Shown: piece after piece, positions 12,601-27,239 of the stretch
How positions within the stretch are numbered: position 1 is the first letter of the stretch
Layout: the number at the start of each line of letters is the position of its first letter
From: Macrostomum lignano
Lineage: Eukaryota
DNA length: 64,000 nucleotides
Assembly: GCA_002269645.1 (NCBI GenBank)
Contig: NIVC01000006.1
Span: forward strand, 496,001 to 560,000
Direction: 5' to 3'
Notes under the pieces: generated by a model
Databases searched by the model: none
What the model was told of the DNA's origin: nothing
The model's input: only the letters and a program-made list of their open reading frames with translations
Position numbers and translations under genes: made by a program

Positions 12601-15600
12601 GGCTGGTGTGTCGTGTACGATTCCACTAAGTCTGTGGACATTGTGTGCAGCAGTCCGTCTGCGCCTATCACAGCCTGTCAATTTGATTATAGATAAGAAT
12701 CATGACTGACACTGTCTGACCAATATGGATAGTCTATGACTGACACTGTCTGACCAATATGGATAGTCTATGACTGACACTGTCTGACCAATATGGATAG
12801 TCTATGACTGACACTGTCTGACCAATATGGATAGTCTATGACTGACACTGTCTGACCAATATGGATAGTCTATGACTGACACTGTCTGACCAATATGGAT
12901 AGTCTATGACTGACACTGTCTGACCAATATGGATAGTCTATGACTGACACTGTCTGACCAATATGGATAGTCTATGACTGACACTGTCTGACCAATATGG
13001 ATAGTCTATGACTGACACTGTCTGACCAATATAGATAGTCTATGACTGACAGTGTCTGACCAACAAATGCTAATTTTAATTTATACAAAACTCTCACAGA
13101 GGACACATCAGAGTTATATCTTAATTCCAAAATTTTTTCAATTCGATTTTTAACAAAATTAACGCAGAAGATGAAGCCTTGCGAGTGCGTAGAGAAGAAG
13201 GCCATCAGATTGTCCGAGTCTGCAATGTTTGGAGGGAAGAAAATGAGAGATAAAAGCATTAATTGGCTGTTTATAGTCATTAACCCCGTTCTAGGAATTT
13301 AGAATTTTAATAACCATAAATCCCCTTTTAGGGATCAGGGACCGCGACAAACATAAATCCCGAGATTTTAATATCCATAAATCCGCTTTTAAAGGGATTT
13401 GCGATTTTGTTTTTCACAAATTTCCTTTTAGAGATTTGGGATTTTTTTATTCACAAATCCCCTTTTAGGGATCTGGAATTTGTTATCCATAAATCCCCTT
13501 TTTGGGATGTGGGATTTTGACATCCGATAAATCCCCTTCTTGGGATCTGCGATTTTAATATCCAAAAAATCCTCTTTTAGGTATCTGGGATTTTGTTATC
13601 CATAAATCCCCTTTTTAGGGATCTGGGATTTCGTTATCCATAAATCCCCTTTTAAAGAGATTTGGGATTTTGTTATCCATAAATCCCCTCTTAGGGATCT
13701 GGGATTTTGTTATCCATAAATCCCCTTTTAGGGATCTGGAATTTTGTTATCCATTAATCCCCTTTTAGGGATCTGGAATTTTGTTATCCATAAATCCCCT
13801 TTTAGGGATCTGGGATTTTGTTATCCAAAAATCCCCTTTTAGGGATCTGGGATTTTGTTATCCATTAATCCCCTTTTAGGGATCTGGGATTTTGTTATCC
13901 ATAAATCCCCTTTTAGGGATCTGGGATTTTGTTATCCATAAATCCCCTTTTAGGGATCTGGGATTTTGTTATCCATAAATCCCCTTTTAGGGATCTGGGA
14001 TTTTGTTATCCATAAATCCCCTTTTAGGGATCTGGGATTTTGTTATCCATTAATCACTTGTTAGGGATTTGGGATTTCGGTATCCATGAGACAATTTTTT
14101 CAAGGATCTTACCGAAATCCCGCAGCTTCAAGGAGTGCAGCCGTTCATCAGCCTGCAGCGCCAGAGTCTTCACCAGCCAAGTCTTCACTGTCAGCGGCTG
14201 TTCTGACTGGCTGAATTGGACTGCAATTCATTGAGGAAAAGATCAAATAGATAAAAGTTCTCCAAACGTAGGCAATAAATAAGAAAATGAGAAAATGTCA
14301 CCTTGACAAACAGGCCTAGTGTCTGGAAACAGGCGCTCCTTCGGCTTGGATTCCAGCTTGCCCTGGGTTCGATTCTCCTCTCCTTCAGCGGCTGAGGACA
14401 CGACAAGGTCGTCAACTGGAATGTTTATTAATGACTGTAGTTTGTTCTCAATGTAAAATGCAGTCTCAATCATGTTAAACCCACTAAAGTACATCTGCTT
14501 ATAAAGTAGAATACAGTAAAGTAGTTGGGTTAGGATAGCCCAGCGGTCTGGCGCGGCGCTCTGATGTGCCAGCGGCCCAGGCTCGATTCCAAGTGCAGTC
14601 GCATTAATTTGGGGCTGAATTGGAATCTCGGCTTGGCTCTGCTCGTGCAGTTGACGCCCTCGGGGGCCAACCCCCAAGGCACAGTGAAGTGTACATGCCT
14701 AACGATAAATAAAGTCAGGGCCGCTGTGCACTCCTGTGTGAGTGTGTGCCTGCTCAGGGGAGTCGGCGGAATGGGCAGCAATGCTTCTCGCCGGTTGTGT
14801 GACAATTTAGCAGTTTTACGGTTTCCGAGGAAACTTGGTACCATTCTCTGGGTTTTTTTTTGTGCGAATGGGTGCGAATAGCATCCTGGTCTTAAAAATC
14901 GCACCCTGAAATTTGACTCAGGGTGCTAAAAGCGCACCCAAATTTTTGCAAGGATGTGATGCGGGTTTTACAATTTGCAGTGCAGTGCATCCTGGTCTTG
15001 AAAATCGCACCCTGAAATCTAGCACAGGGTGCAAAATCGCACCCAAGTTATGGACGAAAAAAAACCCAGACCATTCTGCATTAGTTCGAGCCCCGGAAGG
15101 CTTGACCCCTGGGCGTGTGTGCTCTCAGGGGTCAACGGAATGGCCTGCAGCCTGGTAGACTCAAAGCATGCAGCGGGTAAGAACTCACAGTCGAAGAGGC
15201 TGAACACATTGGCGCCATCCTCGTCATCCAAGGAGGCGCTCGCTCGTTCCGCTCCGTCCAGCAGAATGACGGGCCGCGGCCGCAGCTGCAGCAGCAGCAG
15301 GCGGTTGGCAGCAGCGGCGAGCAGGCACAGCTCGGCTGTAAAACCGCTGCGCTTCATCTCCAGCTGGGTGAGCACGAACTCCATTTGAAGGACGGTCGCA
15401 AGTTCGAATCCGGAATCACAAAAATCATCGGCGCCGACGATTCCAGGCTTCAAAGAGTAAACCGACACAGTCCGAGCCTCGGCAATGGCGACTTTGTCGG
15501 CGTCGACGCGAATCAAATTTGCCCGCCGGTGCCCGGCAAATTGGTGGCGCCAGCAGCCGCCGCTGCGCCAGTTGTGGAAGGCCTGGCAGACAGTGCCGCC

Positions 15601-17404
15601 GCCGCAGCTGGAGCGGTCCGCGGGCTCGGCTGATGAGCACAGGGCGACCAGAAGATCGGATTGAGAGCAATAACGAACCTGAGTGCGATTTCAGATTTGA
15701 GTCTGGAATCTCTGGATGTTGTCTGATAGATCCCGATTCTTATCTAATAGATCCCAATTCTTATCTAATAGATCCCGATTCTTATCTGATAGATCCCGAT
15801 TCTTATCTGATAGATCCCGATTCTTATCTGATAGATCCCGATTCTTATCTGATAGATCCCGATTCTTATCTGATGGATCCAGATTTTTACCTGATAGATC
15901 CCTATTCTTATCTGATAGATCCCGATTCTTATCTGATAGATCTCGATTCTTACCTGATAGATCCCGATTTTTATCTGATAGATCCCGATTCTTATCTGAT
16001 AGATCCCGATTCTCTCTTATCTGATAGATCCCAATTCTTATGTGATAGATCCCGATTCTTATCTGATGGATCCAGATTTTTACCTGATAGATCCCTATTC
16101 TTATCTGATAGATCCCGATTCTTATCTGATAGATCCCGATTCTTATCTGATAGATCCCAATTCTTATCTGATAGATCCCAATTCTTATCTGATAGATCCC
16201 GATTCTTATCTGATAGATCCCGATTCTTATCTGATAGATCCCGATTCTTATCTGATAGATCCCAATTCTTATCTGATAGATCCCAATTCTTATCTGATAG
16301 ATCCCGATTCTTATCTGATAGATCCCGATTTTTATCTGATAGATCCCGATTCTTATCTGATAGATCCAGATTTTTAACTGATAGATCCCTATTCTTATCT
16401 GATAGATCCCGATTCTTATCTGATAGATCCCGATTCTTATCTGATAGATCCCGATTCTTATCTGATAGATCCCGATTCTTATCTGATAGATCCCGATTCT
16501 TATCTGATAGATCCCGATTCTTATATGATAGATCCCGATTCTTATCTGATGGATCCAGATTTTTACCTGATAGATCCCTATTCTTATCTGATAGATCCCG
16601 ATTCTTATCTGATGGATCCAGATTTTTACCTGATAGATCCCGATTCTTATCTGATAGATCCCGATTCTTATCTGATAGATCCCGATTCTTATCTGATAGA
16701 TCCCAATTCTTATCTGATAGATCCCAATTCTTATCTGATAGATCCCGATTCATCCCGATTCTTATCTGATAGATCCCAATTCTTATCTGATAGATCCCGA
16801 TTCTTATCTGATAGATCCCGATTCTTATCTGATAGATCCCGATTCTTATCTGATAGATCCCGATTCTCTCTTATCTGATAGATCCCGATTCTTATCTGAT
16901 AGATCCCGATTCTTATCTGATAGATCCCGATTCTTATCTGATAGATCCCGATTCTTATCTGATAGATCCCGATTCTTATCTGATGGATCCAGATTTTTAC
17001 CTGATAGATCCCGATTCTTATCTGATAGATCCCGATTCTTATCTGATAGATCCCAATTCTTATCTGATAGATCCCGATTCTTATCTGATAGATCCCGATT
17101 CTTATCTGATAGATCCCGATTCTTATCTGATAGATCCCGATTCTTATCTAATCCATATACTAAAAAATGGTAGATCCCTTAAAACTGTTCTCACCTGAAT
17201 TATTGGAAATTCTACATCCAGCTTTTGACACTCCTTAAGCTGTCTACCGCCACATTCATCATTGATCCACTCTAGGACTGTGATCTGACGTGGCCCACTT
17301 GACACAATGAGACAGTTCCCATGGGAACAGAGACAACCCACTGGCCACTCTGGTGAGAGAACAGACTGGGATAAGAAGCGATTGCAGCAGATTACTCGAG
17401 TCAT
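672..17404 (-). CDS. HPS3: HPS3-like BLOC-2 complex subunit (Hermansky-Pudlak syndrome 3 family), about 12 coding exons
   Basis: Exons with GT-AG ends: 17195-17404, 15189-15678, 14302-14415, 14113-14220, 13098-13219, ~12324-12674, ~11690-11861, 11507-~11606, 5593-5931, 5431-5514, ~4450-4602, 672-1133. Phases are consistent where both ends are resolved; three or four boundaries are uncertain. Colinear similarity to HPS3 as recalled: MTRVICCNRFLSQSVL, VRYCSQSDLLVAL..QAFHNWRS, ERLHSLKL, FFSTHSQGFIF, AVIGADGLLHTM, CQHLAREAAFIL, LCSHQLPRLNPDSLL, QWSDLLMDLL. Confidence 0.75.
1233..1718. repeat. 15-bp GC-rich minisatellite (GGTGCTGGCGCCCCT/G) in the last HPS3 intron
   Basis: About 32 tandem copies; produces the spurious GAP/LAPLV/CWRPW ORFs. 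Confidence 0.95.
2760..4294. mobile_element. Non-autonomous hAT (Charlie-type) element carrying an expanded purine-rich array
   Basis: Ends CAGGGGTCGG...CCGACCCCTG; flanks GTCTAAAA (2752-2759) and GTCTAAAC (4295-4302) form a 7/8 match 8-bp TSD; GCGGGCC subterminal motifs. Confidence 0.8.
2860..4150. repeat. (GGAGA/GA)n polypurine low-complexity array
   Basis: Almost pure G/A on the plus strand for about 1.3 kb; source of the E/R/G-rich and S/P/L-rich false ORFs. Confidence 0.95.
5098..5381. repeat. 17-bp minisatellite AAAT(C/G)TCACTGACAGTC
   Basis: About 16 tandem copies in an HPS3 intron. Confidence 0.95.
6186..6480. repeat. 55-59 bp diverged minisatellite (CAATGTACACTCGATGACTCATTCAATCTC...)
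   Basis: About 5 copies; the last unit is split by the LTR element at its GTAC and continues at 11440. Confidence 0.85.
6481..6661 (-). repeat. 3' LTR of element A (181 bp)
   Basis: TGTAAACTAAG...CCTCTTACA on plus; identical by eye to 11259-11439. Confidence 0.97.
6662..6674 (-). promoter_or_regulatory. Polypurine tract of element A
   Basis: AGGGAAGGAG(TGA) on the minus strand immediately before the 3' LTR. Confidence 0.8.
6769..10391 (-). CDS. pol: Pol of element A (protease, RT, RNase H, integrase), split by one apparent 1-nt deletion at about 8395-8397
   Basis: PR LFDTGA; RT LDLRQGFLQ, FGLCNAPATFQ, YMDD; RH CDSSGVAIAGVL, TDHKPL, NVVADALSR; INT HHCC (HDDPASGHLG..CEVC), VDIKGP, IHSDQG, VERFNRTL, WLGPY, terminal RRSARTRRPP. 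ORFs 8313-10526 and 6769-8511 overlap in RNase H. Confidence 0.95.
10334..10391 (-). promoter_or_regulatory. Predicted -1 programmed ribosomal frameshift signal (slippery heptamer plus H-type pseudoknot)
   Basis: G GGA AAC in gag phase (10385-10391), 9-nt spacer, stem CTGGTGA/TCACCAG, loop GGGCC complementary to downstream GGCCC; pol lies in the -1 frame. Confidence 0.8.
10379..11221 (-). CDS. gag: Gag of element A with two CCHC zinc knuckles
   Basis: MAHANALLPPKFSGS..WLQMFE, RKRRQGESLRE capsid-like motif, CFNCAQPGHFAAQC and CSRCSGRGHRAEVC. The ORF track starts at TTG 11239; the first ATG is at about 11222. Confidence 0.93.
   Translation of the reverse strand: MAHANALLPPKFSGSDDTDINMWLQMFEDFAADSEWNDTKMASKIKLLLSGEALVFVWDLPAAKQSSYKILKDELVKFYRGKDNTFRAMSEFESRKRRQGESLRELCYALKLLYRKARPEHAQTVRDCEVRHRLLALLPTEIREALLKASDYDSSSPEQLADRATALESIGSKGAPVSVAVTSVSSQVTDRLEQMQEQLADLAATVATIGSRGGQRGGRRNAARGRGSTRGKCFNCAQPGHFAAQCPGKQVAPAVPSVCSRCSGRGHRAEVCPTPASGNF
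11246..11257 (-). promoter_or_regulatory. Primer-binding site of element A, probably tRNA-Leu
   Basis: TGGTGGCAGCGG one nt after the 5' LTR; complementary to the CCGCTGCCA-CCA 3' end typical of eukaryotic tRNA-Leu (from recall). Confidence 0.8.
11259..11439 (-). repeat. 5' LTR of element A (181 bp)
   Basis: Identical to 6481-6661. Confidence 0.97.
11950..12260. repeat. Degenerate ~21-23 bp minisatellite (AAGTTATCCGCCCCTTTCCC)
   Basis: Recurrent AAGTTATCCGC core. Confidence 0.85.
12702..13062. repeat. 34-bp minisatellite TATGACTGACACTGTCTGACCAATATGGATAGTC
   Basis: About 10 near-perfect copies. Confidence 0.95.
13300..14090. repeat. 37-bp minisatellite ATAAATCCCCTTTTAGGGATCTGGGATTTTGTTATCC
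   Basis: About 20 copies, more degenerate at the left end; each unit has a small ATCCC/GGGAT hairpin. Confidence 0.9.
14530..14790 (+). mobile_element. Probable tRNA-derived SINE head
   Basis: Pol III A-box-like TAGCCCAGCGG (14536-14546) and B-box-like GGCTCGATTCC (14580-14590) with tRNA-like spacing, followed by an unrelated GC-rich body; no convincing cloverleaf; 3' end undefined. Confidence 0.45.
15722..17150. repeat. 21-bp minisatellite TGATAGATCCCGATTCTTATC filling HPS3 intron 1
   Basis: About 65-70 copies with recurring variant units. Confidence 0.97.
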
Positions 17405-19727
17405 GGTAGATCTGAAAGCAACATAGATTCTTTTTAAAGTGGAACTTAATCTACATAAAACATAGAAATTTTATAGGGAATAAATTATTTTTTGTTTCTT
17501 TACAACTGTTTACTTAAATTTTGAAAGGTTAACTTTTATCTTTTAATTAAAAAAAACTTAAAACTAATTGTGTAAAATCAAACAGTTCAAGTAATTGAAA
17601 TGAAATTTTAAATTTTAATATGATTAAATATATCACTTTTTAAATTTTATATGAAACAAGAAACATTTTAGTAAGTTAGTAAATTAAACAAATATTAATA
17701 AAATATGATGAATAATGAAGGATTATTAAATTTTGTTATACTAGTACTATTATTTACTAAATATAAGATGTAATTAGGAACTATTTCAAGCTAATATTCT
17801 AATGGAACAGCATAGAAAAGAAACTAAAACTGATTTAAAAAAGTATTTTAAGTGTCAGTTAAGAGGAGTATTGTTAATAATAATAATATTAAATATTATA
17901 CATATGCAAAACCCTCCAAGCTGGCAAGGGGCCCAGCCAAGTTTAGTTGGAAAAATGCCTACCTGAAAAAATAAAATTAAATAAAAAAACATTCTATAAT
18001 GTTATATTGAACTTTCAAAAAATTGAACTAAAAGGTAACTTTTTGCTATATGGGTAACTTCTTATATGCAAACTGTATATTGATTATTACTACATGCATT
18101 AGGCATACTGATTTTTATTATAAAATTGACTCCCTTTCAAGCCTTCTATAATTGTATTGTAGTTAAGGTAAGCTATTTGGCTGATTATATATGCACCACA
18201 TTGTATACCCCATTTAACAATATAAAAATAAAATGTCAAAGTGATCAATTCATGATTCTTTCACATAATAAACAACCAAAACCTACATGGTCAATATGCA
18301 ATACGCAGGTAATAATACATGCATATTGTTGAAAATTATGACAGCATAGGCCTAATCTATACTAATATAGAGGGTAGAGGTCGAGGAGAGCCAAGCAATT
18401 AAATAGTTTGAGTTAAGTTATATAAAATACATCAATGCCAATTATAAGATGCAATATCTCGCAATATCTACAAATGGTGCTCCATTGCTTTTATTGATTA
18501 ATCCTACAATGAAATTTTTAGCAATTATTGACATTTGCATTGATTTAATATAATTACCGCGTCGCTAGGCTGGGGCTGGGCTGGGCTGGGCTGGGCTGGG
18601 CTGATTCACTGATTGTTGGGTTAGGTAAAGTTTTTAAAATTTTGAAAAAAATTGAAAACCCAGTTCGCTGTAGTATGTTTGAATCTAGTTACCATCCATA
18701 GTGCTGCTAATTACTTCCTTCTGCTGCTGCTGATGCTAATAGCTTAATAAGTTGTAATCATTTCAATGGTTTTATTAGATAATTTCAGTATTTCCTATAA
18801 AAAGCTATAGTTAAATACTGTAATAAGGTGTTATAACAAAAATTATACAAGAGATTGTATATTTAAGTATTAAATATTCAATATTAATAAGTTTTTTTAC
18901 AGTAAAAAACATGATTTTTAGGTTACATTAATGAGACTTTCTTTTATAACAATGATAAAGAAGTGCATTTTGCGCGATAATTCGACGCGGCGATCCCACA
19001 CAAATTAATTTTATTTTGCATTTCCGTGCCAATAAAATGCGTTGCTCTTGCGTCATGGTCATGCCAAAGGTTTTTAATATTTGACTAAAGATGAATAAAT
19101 TAGTTTTAACAATTAAGTTAGAAATGGGTATAGCCTGTCAATGATTAAATTTTTTGGTTTAATGCAACGACAGCTTCTTACTTAGCTCGTAGTTAAGTCA
19201 GTTATAAACTGATAGTTATAAGCTTACACTTAAAGCTTAGAGGTTAGAGCTTAGAAGATATATTGCACTGAAATTTTGTTACTTAGATAATATTCGATCA
19301 AGACTGTAAACGTCTACAACTATGTTTACTTCAATGACTATCAATGTCTTTTCATTTTGAAATATTCCAATAGTATATTGAAAATAAATGTAGCCATTTT
19401 TAGGCAAAAGTACAAATGAAGCTTAATTTACTTGTTTTAAGTGACAATAATTTCATAAGCATATTGTTTAATACTAGTTTTAACTGAATTTCAAGTCAAG
19501 TCACAAGTTCTAATCATAATAGTGAAAGTAAGGAAAGCTCCTATCATAGAAAAACAATGATGAAGTATCTTTGGCCTATTTGAATTAAATTACTATTTAA
19601 TGTGAATTTTATGAGTAAAATTGTCTAGACTAAAATGATACTTTTCATAAATCGCCTAACATGCAAGGTTTTTTAGCATTCTGTTAGTTTCACGTAATGA
19701 ATTCTGTTATTTTTATTTAATTTCAAG

Positions 19728-23946
<4,219 letters not shown>

Positions 23947-24134
23947 GACAGAGATTGCGCTATTTTCATTTCTTTGATTCTGCTTATTGTTCCTAGTTGA
24001 TTCCTTTGACTCGCGGCCACATTAATGCACAGCTTTCATCGATTTTTGGTCTTTTTAATCAAATTTGCTGTTTTTTGTTGTATCGCGGCTGAATTTCGAA
24101 ATAATCTGAATTGGGGTGTTTTGTCGCTTAAGCG

Positions 24135-25150
24135 AGGCTAACTTGGAGTGTTGAATCACTCAGCGGGGGACCTAGCTTGGAGTGTTGAATCACTCAGCGG
24201 GGGACCTAGCTTGGAGTGTTGAATCACTCAGCGGGGGACCTAGCTTGGAGTGTTGAATGGCTTAGCGGAGGGTAGGCCCGGGGTCTGGCCCAGCTTGGTG
24301 TGTTTAATGGCTCAGCGGGGGTAGGGGTCTGGCCTAGCTTGGTGTGTTGAATCACTCAGCGGGGGTAGGGGTCTGGCCTAGCTTGGAGTGTTGAATCACT
24401 CAGCGGGGGTAGGGGTCTGGCCTAGCTTGGAGTGTTGAATCGCTCAGCGGGGGTAGGGGTCTGGCCTAGCTTGGAGTGTTGAATCGCTCAGCGGGGGTAG
24501 GGGTCTGGCCTAGCTTGGAGTGTTGAATCGCTCAGGGGGTCTGGCCCATGGAGAAAAGAATAGAATGGAGTGCTAATCTGAGCCAGTTATTTTTATCTTG
24601 CTCGATCTTAACTTTTAACATCCCTTTCCCCCCGTTCCTTCCTATTGGCTGAAAGAATATTTTGATGCGAGCTCATACTATGCTGGGACAGACCTTTCAG
24701 AGGGGAGCGAAAACGAAAACGAGACGAAAAATACTTTGTCTATGGCAGTCACGAGCCAATAGGAAAGAACGGGGGGAAAGGGGTGTTAAAAGTTAAGATC
24801 GAGCAAGATAAAAATAACTGGCTCAGATTAGCGCTCCATTCTATTCTTTCCTCCATGGTCTGACCTAGCTTGGAGTGTTGAATCGCTTAGCGGGGGGTAG
24901 GGGTCTGGCCTAGCTTGGAGTGTGGAATCGCTCAGCAGGGGTTAGGGGTCTGGCCTAGCTTGGAGTGTGGAATCACTGAGCGGGGGTAGGGGTCTGACCT
25001 AGCTTGGAGTGTTGAATGGCTTAGCGGGGGGTTAGGGGTCTGGCCCAGCTTGGTGTGTTGAATCGCTCAGCGGGGGTAGGGGTCTGACCTAGCCTGGAGT
25101 GTTGAATTACTTAGTGGCTCACTCAGTGGTGAGGGAGCTGTAGCTTATTT
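24135..25150. repeat. 39-47 bp minisatellite (GGGGGTAGGGGTCTGGCCTAGCTTGGAGTGTTGAATCGCTCAGC), interrupted by a MITE
   Basis: About 14 copies on both sides of the insertion. Confidence 0.9.
24551..24853. mobile_element. Palindromic MITE, about 303 bp, with about 105-bp TIRs
   Basis: GAGAAAAGAATAGAATGGAG...CTCCATTCTATTCTTTCCTC flanked by CATG on both sides (24547-24550, 24854-24857). The boundary is ambiguous because CATG is itself palindromic. Confidence 0.8.
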
Positions 25151-26017
25151 TTAAGTGTTAAATCGCTCAACGGGGGATGCAAGCCTACAATAATTTGGGT
25201 GTTATGTTTGTGCAGTGCTCTGGTTTCGTTTAAATCTTTGGTGTCTTAAAAAAATCGTCACTTTAACAACTTGGCTGTTACTAGTACGTATTTTTGAAAT
25301 GTCAAAAAATTAAAATGCCGCTAAACGGCTGTTTTATTTTACTTTTTAGCAAAATCGTTCGAACTTCAGACTTTTATTTATCTGTCTTTTACTGCCTTTT
25401 TCTGATTATTAAACATTTACCAATAGAAGCTTCAGAAGCAGATTCGTTGGTCTAGTTTGCTTTTCTTTCTAAATATTTCTGAAAATCTCCGTCGCTCGTA
25501 AAGTTTGATAATTTTGTTTAAATTGGTCAAAACATTCCTTTTTCTATGCAACAAAAGCAACGCCACTACACAGATTTTAAATCATTCGATATTAGAAGCG
25601 GATGTTTCTCTAAGAAGTTTTATAGCATTTTTCTATGTCACCCACATTAATTCATTACTATCGATATTTTTTCTATTCATTTTTTATTCATTAAACATTC
25701 CAAAGCAGCAGACCAACAATCTGCCGCGTCCTTGTAGCTGATTAGTAAAACTTTATATTAGCTTCTTTTTTAATTTTATCTTTATTAGGCAAGGAATTTG
25801 CTGCCACCTCGCACACTGAGTCACTGCGTGTTGTGTGTAACAATATCTGTGTTAAGTTTTTTTGTTTTATTGGCCTTTCAATATATCAATTCACAGGAAA
25901 AGTAAAATTATACTGACAAAAATTTGTGTCAATCATGAATGTAGATTAAAGTCTTGTACAAATTGTCATGTTGTCACGGTGAGTATGATGTCTTGATTTT
26001 TTAAAAATCATATTTTC

Positions 26018-26393
26018 GTGCAGCTGTGGGTCACTGAAACACTCAGACTTGTGCAGCTGTGGGTCAGTGAAGGTCTGTGGCTTGTGCAGCTGTGGGTCAG
26101 TGAAGGTCTGTGGCTTGTGCAGCTGTGGGTCAGTGAAGGTCTGTGGCTTGTGCAGCTGTGGGTCAGTGAAGGTCTGTGGCTTGTGCAGCTGTGGGTCAGT
26201 GAAGGTCTGTGGCTTGTGCAGCTGTGGGTCAATGAAGGTCTGTGGCTTGTGCAGCTGTGGGTCAATGAAGGTCTGTGGCTTGTGCAGCTGTGGGTCAGTG
26301 AAGGTCTGTGACTTGTGCAGCTGTGGGTCAGTGAAGGTCTGTGGCTTGTGCAGCTGTGGGTCAGTGAAGGTCTGTGGCTTGTGCAGCTGTGGG
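26018..26393. repeat. 33-bp minisatellite GTGCAGCTGTGGGTCAGTGAAGGTCTGTGGCTT
   Basis: About 11 copies, ending at a MITE insertion. Confidence 0.95.
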
Positions 26394-26784
26394 CAGGGGC
26401 GTCGCCATGGATTTTATGGTGGGGGGGGGACAAAGCCAATAATTATACATGTACATACACACGACTAAATTCTTACATGTACATTATTTTTTAGAATCGG
26501 CGTTGTCAGCACTCATTTTAGCGCCTCGAGCACTCATTTTAGCGCCTCGAGCACTCATTCTAGGGCCGCAGGCACTCATTCTAGCGCCACAGGCACTCAT
26601 TCTAGCGCCGCAGGCACTCATTTTAGCGCCACAGGCACTCATTCTAGCGCCGCAGGCACTATTTATTGGCGCCCTGCAGCAAAATTATTGATTTCCATAA
26701 AGGCTCACAAGGTGGGGTGGGGGGGACAAAGCATTGGCATGTCCGCGCTGTCCCCCCTTGTCCCCCCCGTTGGCGACTCCGCTG
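26394..26784. mobile_element. hAT-type MITE, copy 1 (391 bp), with internal 21-bp array
   Basis: CAGGGGCGTCGCCA...TGGCGACTCCGCTG; perfect 8-bp TSD GCTGTGGG (26386-26393, 26785-26792); internal GCACTCATT(T/C)TAGCGCCGCAG repeats. Confidence 0.9.
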
Positions 26785-27239
26785 GCTGTGGGTCACTGAA
26801 GGATTTCGAATGCTAATACTCTGGAGAATGGAAGCATCGACACAATTGGAAGAGGACTATAGAAATCGTTGTGTTTCTTTAAAGTGGCAATAATTACTGT
26901 AAGTGTCAATGTACATAAACAAAGTACAATGGTCCTACATACTGCTCGTGATTAATTTTGAACTCACGGTTCTGATGCTCAACTAATAAAAATACTGCTT
27001 TAAGATTCCGGCGAAATCTCGATTTAAATTGGTTCCGAAATTTAGTCTATGGTGAAAAGTGACAGATCTGAATTCCATCCTATATCTGTGCGTCCATGGA
27101 AACTGCCAGAGATGCCATAGACTAAAGAATGCCCCTATATAAACATATGGCTAAACTACGCTCGTAGCATATGTTGAAATAAACTTAATAGTTTTTTTAT
27201 CGAAAATCGAACTACACTTTGACCCTGAGCCAAGTTCTC

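Noticed and set aside
12702-14090. CRISPR-like regular 34-bp and 37-bp repeats
   Set aside because: Units are contiguous with no unique spacers, there are no cas genes, and the context is eukaryotic introns.
14530-14605. Functional tRNA gene
   Set aside because: A- and B-box-like motifs are present but no acceptor/anticodon stem set could be folded and the B box is mismatched; treated as a SINE head.
15519-17198. IDPDSYL / SDRSRFL / DKNRDLS repeat proteins
   Set aside because: Frames of the 21-bp intronic minisatellite; the true HPS3 exons flank it on the minus strand.
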